Positions 58,606 to 64,000 of a DNA stretch of 64,000 bases are shown piece after piece. The DNA is from Obrimoposthia wandeli. Lineage: Eukaryota. The stretch covers positions 124,001 through 188,000 of the forward strand of contig CDROCS010001089.1 in NCBI GenBank assembly GCA_977020255.1, written 5' to 3'. Every line of letters begins with the position of its first letter. Positions within the stretch are counted from its first letter, which is position 1. The position numbers and the translations under genes are program-made. Below the pieces are notes generated by a model. It saw only the letters and a list, made by a program, of their open reading frames with translations. It ran no database searches and was not told the origin of the DNA.

Positions 58606-59880
58606 TTAACGTTCTTGCATTTTATCGCGCATACGCAAGTACTTATACGTCAGATTTGCCACTATCGGCCCAAGCACTCCACCATTCCAATCGCAACCAA
58701 AAGGCGCAAACTGCTGATAGTCATCATTTTCCTCGCAAATAGCTTGTGCTACTAATGTACCGCATATAGTCCCTGTGTTTAATCCGTGCCCGCCAAAAGA
58801 TGAACACAACCATCGGCCTTTGGTTTGTTGCTGCACGATAGGCATTTTATGCCCAGCATAAGCCATTAGCCCAGACCAAGAACGGGCAATTTTTACGTCA
58901 GCCAATTCTGGGTAAACAGAGGTTAGGTCTTGTGTGAGCATTTGTGATAAATGCTGCTCATTTGTTTGGTTATTGGTGGTAATACGCGATCCCCATAGCA
59001 GCTTATCGCCTTCAACTAAGCGATAGTAATCAGCGGCGCGTCTGTCATCTTTAATACTGTATTCTCTACTAATTAATTGCTTAGCTAAATCTCCTAACGG
59101 TTCAGTGACGACCATATAAGTGGCAATAGGTAAGAAAGAGCGCTTTAATGCTGGGGCCTCTTCGCCTGTATAACCGCCTCCGCAGAACACCACTTGATCA
59201 CACAATAGCTGCGCATCACTGGTTTGCACTTTATGCCTATCGCCATCGCTCGTTACTTTTTTGACTGCCGATTTCTCAAAGATCAAACCGCCTAGCTGCT
59301 CAATTTGCGCAGCGAGACCTAAACAGTAATTCAGAGGATGAAAATGAAATTCTTCAGAGCTAAACAAGCCTTCAAAATAGCGGGTTGTTCGACAGATATC
59401 TCTAACTTCATCTACTTCTAATAGTTGCAAATCATACTGGTATTTATCCGCCATGGTGTGCTGTTTTTTTAATAACTGTTCACGTTGTGGATAGCGCCCT
59501 GCTTGTAATCCACCATATTTTACATCGCAATTTTGCAGCTGATACTGGCTAATATTTTGTTTTATAATAGTGGCGCCCTTGCGTGATAATTCATACAGCG
59601 CCTTGGTCTTGCTCAAACCTAACTTAGCTTCAAGTGCATCATTACCTTGCGCCCAACCCGGTGAAACTAACCCGCCATTGCGCCCAGAAGCACCCCAAGC
59701 AACCGCTTCACTTTCAAGGATCGCAACACTTTTACCTTGTTTAAGCAATTCAAGAGCGCAGCTTAAACCGGCGATTCCCGCTCCCACAATACATACCTCA
59801 ACGGACATATCTTGGGTTAGCTTCGCCCTTGCTGGAGCGGTAATGGCAGTACTGGCATAGTATGTATTGGGATACTTCAT
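58606..59880 (-). CDS. FAD-dependent amine/amino-acid oxidoreductase (PuuB/DadA family)
   Basis: VCIVGAGIAG, GASGRNGG, FHFHPLNY and SFGGHGL. Confidence 0.88.
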   Translation of the reverse strand: MKYPNTYYASTAITAPARAKLTQDMSVEVCIVGAGIAGLSCALELLKQGKSVAILESEAVAWGASGRNGGLVSPGWAQGNDALEAKLGLSKTKALYELSRKGATIIKQNISQYQLQNCDVKYGGLQAGRYPQREQLLKKQHTMADKYQYDLQLLEVDEVRDICRTTRYFEGLFSSEEFHFHPLNYCLGLAAQIEQLGGLIFEKSAVKKVTSDGDRHKVQTSDAQLLCDQVVFCGGGYTGEEAPALKRSFLPIATYMVVTEPLGDLAKQLISREYSIKDDRRAADYYRLVEGDKLLWGSRITTNNQTNEQHLSQMLTQDLTSVYPELADVKIARSWSGLMAYAGHKMPIVQQQTKGRWLCSSFGGHGLNTGTICGTLVAQAICEENDDYQQFAPFGCDWNGGVLGPIVANLTYKYLRMRDKMQER

Positions 59881-60248
59881 GGATTACCTATCTTGATTAT
59901 CTGTGTTGATGAGCGAAAAAGTTAATTAGCGATGTAAAATTTGCTGCCGTATTATGATGAATACTCTTATACTAACCATGAGTTAACCCTTGGCGATAAT
60001 ATGAAGCTCCACTGGCTCGTTAAAGCTGTCGTACTCAAAAACAGGGGTATGTTAAATCCGCTTTGCTCTGGCAGCTTTGCCTTATTATCACTCATTACGC
60101 TATGTAAAGGTCTCTATATAATTCCTTGTGGGGATATCGATTTTAACTATAGGCTGTCAACTTCGATTTAACGCAAAAAAAGATACAATATATGAGCGGC
60201 TATTTATAGCATTTTTTTATTACCGGTCAATACTGGAGTTACCTAAAG

Positions 60249-61085
60249 TTGGATTTTAGATCATTACGTTATTTTGTCGCTGTGTTTGAAGAACAAAGCT
60301 TTAGTGCCGCTGCAAAACGTTGTTTTGTCGCACAACCTTCAATATCTGGTGCAGTACAACAGCTGGAAGCAGAGTTGGAATGCGCACTCTTTGTACGACA
60401 CTCTAAAGGGATAACGCCTACCACAGAGGGAACTCAGCTTTACCCTAAGGCTTGCCAAGTACTAGCTGACATTTCACAAATAAAGCAGCAGTTTCAAGAG
60501 ACACCTGAGCAGCTATCTTTTAAATTAGCACTGCTGCCGTTTTTATCGGGTAAACGCGTCTCGAAGCTTATTAAACAACTGATGCGTTCGCTGCCAAATT
60601 TAGATCTTACGCTCGTTGATATTAACGCCGAAGCAGATGCGCGTATTATCTCGCAAACAGTGCTACAAAAAGATGAAGTTTTCCACAAACTATGGGTGGA
60701 TAGATATGTGTTAGCAACACCGATTGATCATCCTATCGCCGACAATACCCATGTTAACTTAGCGCAGTTGAATAACTGCGCTTTTATCAGCCGCTCGCCT
60801 TGCGACATCATCGATTCTTGGCAATTTGCCATTGCTAAGCGCGGCTTAAATTTAAAGGTTAAAGCGACCGTTAAAACCGAAGAATACGCGTTGGATTTAG
60901 TGGCTGCAGGCTTAGGCGTTTCTATCGTTCCTTTACATTCACTGGATGGACGCACTGACTTAAGCTTTTGTGAAATTAATGATTTAAAATTAGAGCGTGT
61001 GGTCGGCTTGGCTTATACCAAAAATACCGCCGTGGCACCCAGCTTATTAGCGGCAATTACTAATATTGAAAAACAAAAGAAGTAA
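60249..61085 (+). CDS. LysR-family regulator (TTG start)
   Basis: LRYFVAVFEEQSFSAAAKRCFVAQPSIS HTH. Confidence 0.9.
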   Translation: MDFRSLRYFVAVFEEQSFSAAAKRCFVAQPSISGAVQQLEAELECALFVRHSKGITPTTEGTQLYPKACQVLADISQIKQQFQETPEQLSFKLALLPFLSGKRVSKLIKQLMRSLPNLDLTLVDINAEADARIISQTVLQKDEVFHKLWVDRYVLATPIDHPIADNTHVNLAQLNNCAFISRSPCDIIDSWQFAIAKRGLNLKVKATVKTEEYALDLVAAGLGVSIVPLHSLDGRTDLSFCEINDLKLERVVGLAYTKNTAVAPSLLAAITNIEKQKK

Positions 61086-61141
61086 GTAACCCTTAAGCAA
61101 CACAAAGCTTAATATTAGAGCCATCATTCAGGGAATTTCAT

Positions 61142-62014
61142 TTGTTTTTTCTACTTGCCATTATCTCTACTTTCGCCTATTCACTGCAAAGTAGTTTATT
61201 AGTAAAGCAAGCTCGCTCTATGGACCGCCTGTCTTTAGCATTTTATCGCATGCTATCGCTAAGCTTCATTCTATCGCCAATGCTACTTGGCGTAGAGCAG
61301 GTGGATTATCAACAATTGCCTAGCTTAATGCCGTTACTGTTACTCTCGGGTGTTTGTGGCGGTACTTATGTGTGGGCACAGTTTTACGCTGTGCAGTTTA
61401 TTCCGTTAGGCGTAGCCAACAGCTTAAACCAAAGCGTGCGCACATTAGCCGCCTTTGTATTAGGTTATTTATTACTTGCTGAATCTTTAGTTTCGATACA
61501 AATCGTGTTGATTACGATTATTTTATTGGGTGGCGCGATTGTTGCCAGTAGTAGAAATAAAATGCAGCATTTACATCATGATTCGCGCCGTGGCATTATC
61601 ACTTCGTTAATTGCCGGTTTACTAGGTGCCACCAGCTTTTTCATCCTCAGTTTTGCCGCTAAACAAGCTAACCCTTTTATGATTGGCTACTTTTGGGAGT
61701 TTAGTATTTTACTCGGCACCGGCGTTATTTTGATACTCAGGCGTTTATCGGGAAAGCGTGGCTTACATGCAGTTACCCTAAAAGAATTTACAGGCATTGC
61801 TCTGGCCAGCAGCCCGACTTTGCTAGGCACCGCTGGTGCTGCATTGGCGTTACAAAGTGGCTCTCTTGCGGTATTTATGTCAATCGCATCATTATCAGTA
61901 ATATTCACTGCTATCTTTGGCAGAATTTTATACAAAGAAAAGTTACGGACCCTGCAATGGATAGGTATTTTTATCAGTTTGTTAGGTGTGGTGGGATTAA
62001 AACTATACTCTTAA
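61142..62014 (+). CDS. EamA/DMT family transporter
   Basis: Ten hydrophobic segments and repeated LG..LLAE / FGRILYKEK motifs. Confidence 0.8.
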   Translation: MFFLLAIISTFAYSLQSSLLVKQARSMDRLSLAFYRMLSLSFILSPMLLGVEQVDYQQLPSLMPLLLLSGVCGGTYVWAQFYAVQFIPLGVANSLNQSVRTLAAFVLGYLLLAESLVSIQIVLITIILLGGAIVASSRNKMQHLHHDSRRGIITSLIAGLLGATSFFILSFAAKQANPFMIGYFWEFSILLGTGVILILRRLSGKRGLHAVTLKEFTGIALASSPTLLGTAGAALALQSGSLAVFMSIASLSVIFTAIFGRILYKEKLRTLQWIGIFISLLGVVGLKLYS

Positions 62015-62090
62015 GCTACTACTAATAATCAATTACAGGTGCTGTTTTTGCTATTTTAAGCACCTGTTTACACCTATTTTAACATCTAGT

Positions 62091-62636
62091 TCAACGCCAT
62101 TTAATAGAACAACCCATGCTCGGCTTTTGAATTTTCGGCCCTTGCCCTGTCTCGGCTATTAGCTGCATCGCATTAACTAATTCAGCTACGCGGTTGCTAG
62201 CATCTCCCATAGCGGCATCATCTAATCGGCCTCTATACTGTAGCTCTCCTCGGTGATTGAAACCAAAAAAATCAGGTGTACACACGGCGCCGTAAGCCTT
62301 ACCTACTGTTTGCTCTTCATCAACTAAATACGGGAAACCAAACCCGTGCTCAGTGGAGAATTTTTGCATATTTGCTGGGGAGTCCGCATCAACGTGCTGG
62401 TAATCGTTAGACATAATAGCAATAACATTAATCCCCTGCGCCATTAACAATGCGGTATCTTGGGCAAGGCGAGTTGCTATGGCTTTTACATAAGGGCAGT
62501 GATTACATATAAAAGCGATCAACAATCCTTTATTACCCAGTTGTTCGGTTAATGAAAAAGACTCTGCCTGTGGCGTTTTTAGCGTGAACTCAGGCGCTTG
62601 CCAACCGAAATCACAGATGGGTGTATCTAATAGCAT
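62091..62636 (-). CDS. Thioredoxin-like AhpC/TSA family protein
   Basis: FICNHCPYVK, AVCTPDFF, YRGRLDD and PSMGCSIKW. Confidence 0.9.
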   Translation of the reverse strand: MLLDTPICDFGWQAPEFTLKTPQAESFSLTEQLGNKGLLIAFICNHCPYVKAIATRLAQDTALLMAQGINVIAIMSNDYQHVDADSPANMQKFSTEHGFGFPYLVDEEQTVGKAYGAVCTPDFFGFNHRGELQYRGRLDDAAMGDASNRVAELVNAMQLIAETGQGPKIQKPSMGCSIKWR

Positions 62637-62683
62637 AATGAGCTCCTTATAGACCAGTAAATGAAGATCTTTGCATATAATAG

Positions 62684-62837
62684 CATTAGTGTCCGGTTTA
62701 ATTTTTGTTGCTCTCTAACTCATTGATTTTACGTTAACGGAAAAAAATTCTTCAGCTAAAAAATATCCATTTTTCCATGATAGAAAACCACAAATCAATG
62801 AGTTAGAGGGCTTACATTTTTTAACCGGACAGCAATG
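62684..62837. mobile_element. 154-bp MITE with ~47-bp imperfect terminal IRs and a 9-bp target-site duplication
   Basis: Left end CATTAGTGTCCGGTTTAA...CTCTAACTCATTGATTT, right end inverse CATTGCTGTCCGGTTAAA...CTCTAACTCATTGATTT. ATATAATAG flanks both sides (62675-62683 and 62838-62846). Confidence 0.88.
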
Positions 62838-62922
62838 ATATAATAGCTTAATATAGCAACACACAAGCAAAACATAGTTGCGCGCTAATTATGGCTAACA
62901 CATACAAAGATCACACTATGCA

Positions 62923-63420
62923 CTACTGATTAGCAGAATACCCAAAGATATCGTTATTATTGCTAGACTCACCTGTTATTTTTTCTTCAATATCCCAATG
63001 CTCTACAATTTTACCAGTATCATTAAAGCGAAAGATATCCATATAGCCAGTGCCTAAATCACCTTTTACATCTAAGTTTATTTGGCGAGAGTGTACTAAT
63101 ACCATATCTCCCATGGCGATGGTTATAAAAACGTACTTTGTTCTTAGCTACCAAGATTAATATGGATTAAATGTATTGATCAGCTACAGTAGTGTCTGAC
63201 GGAAACTGTAGCTAAAATAGAGTGTCTAATAGACATCAGTCTCCGGTAATTTTTCAGGTGCTTGCTGGTAGTGATCCCAATGTTCAACTAACTTACCACC
63301 TGCTACGCGCCAAACATCAACATAGACATACGTTTCACCACTAGAAGTGGTCCAAGCAGAGTGAATAGCAACATAATCGTCTTCGGCAATTGTGCGTAAT
63401 ATCTCAAGAGCACGCAGATA
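62923..63420 (-). pseudogene. Decayed tandem SnoaL/NTF2-like protein
   Basis: Two homologous halves, ILRTIAEDDYVAIHS..YVDVWRVAGGKLVEHWDH (stop at 63226) and IAMGDMVLVHS..YMDIFRFNDTGKIVEHWDI, joined by a stop-ridden linker. No start was found. Confidence 0.65.
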
Positions 63421-64000
63421 ATAGCCCGAGAGCGTGACGATACAACATCTTCATAAACCCAGCGATTTTAATCGATATCGAATCCTCTGCCGTTGCATTA
63501 GACGTAAAGCCGCTTATTATTAATTAACAAGTTCAACAAGTCACTTTTTATTAGTGGCCGCCTTTTGCGCATGTACGTTTACCAGCGCTTTAATTTTAAA
63601 CGTATTGCCTGGGCGCAGCATTGTGGCCACGCCAAAAGCTGATGAATTAAGCGGTTCTAATAGCACAAATGGTGACGCCCGATCAGCGCGAACAATGCAA
63701 AGCGGCAAAAAAGGCAACAAGCGCCACTGCATTTGCCAGGCCACACTATAATGCATTAGTGGATTTAATGAAGCAGATTTATTCCAAACCAGGCACTACA
63801 GTGCCCAGAAACAGTGATTTTTAGTTTTAAAATCACAAGGCCATGCGTGGTAGCCTATCTTTTCAATATGGTATTGGCGGGCGCCCGGGGGTTGCTGCCC
63901 ATAAATGGTTAAAAGAGCTATGATCCTAGTCAACCATAAATCACCTTAATAGAGTGAATGAATAAAGAGCTGCTTTGCGCTAGCGCCAGCGCTTTAAAAA

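Noticed and set aside
59941-60200. 76-aa ORF or decayed gene divergent from the LysR at 60249
   Set aside because: The plus ORF has no motif and the minus frames are full of stops. A lost target gene is plausible but unsupported.
63541-63950. Overlapping 71-aa and 65-aa ORFs with a faint GspN-like look in one frame
   Set aside because: The similarity rests on a few residues (VWN.SAS, VAWQMQW) across an in-frame stop and needs a profile search.

Overview
AT-rich bacterial chromosome segment whose proteins look like those of a marine gammaproteobacterium (inferred from protein families; no taxonomy search was run). Bases 1-11.6 kb hold envelope-stress and housekeeping genes: pspA/pspF, a sigma54-driven ATP-grasp gene, nth, and pbpC with an interrupted alpha-2-macroglobulin gene. 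Bases 11.6-28 kb are a patchwork accessory region: cassette-like small genes with attC-like remnants, several IS6 fragments and an IS66 fragment around iclR, purU-etfAB and an aminotransferase-glcG-GbdR-like block, plus a group II intron 3' remnant. Bases 28-44 kb carry a split catabolic locus (DUF3726 + 607-aa hypothetical; sigma54 two-component system + TAXI-TRAP; LysR, aldehyde dehydrogenase, atypical M19 dipeptidase-fold protein, Ldh_2 remnant, BCCT). Its two halves share a TGATAAG-N5-CTTATCA palindrome. Bases 44-49 kb hold a CpxAR/Spy-like module and an EamA/Lrp pair. Bases 49-57 kb hold the most interesting cluster: a trimethyllysine-dioxygenase-like enzyme, a threonine-aldolase-like enzyme, an AstE/AspA deacylase, a BetI-like TetR and a polar amino-acid ABC importer, with a shared operator. 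It resembles the first steps of eukaryotic carnitine biosynthesis. Bases 57-64 kb hold small regulators and enzymes, a 154-bp MITE with a 9-bp target-site duplication, and a decayed SnoaL gene. No rRNA, tRNA or CRISPR array was seen. All family calls come from motif recognition, not database searches.
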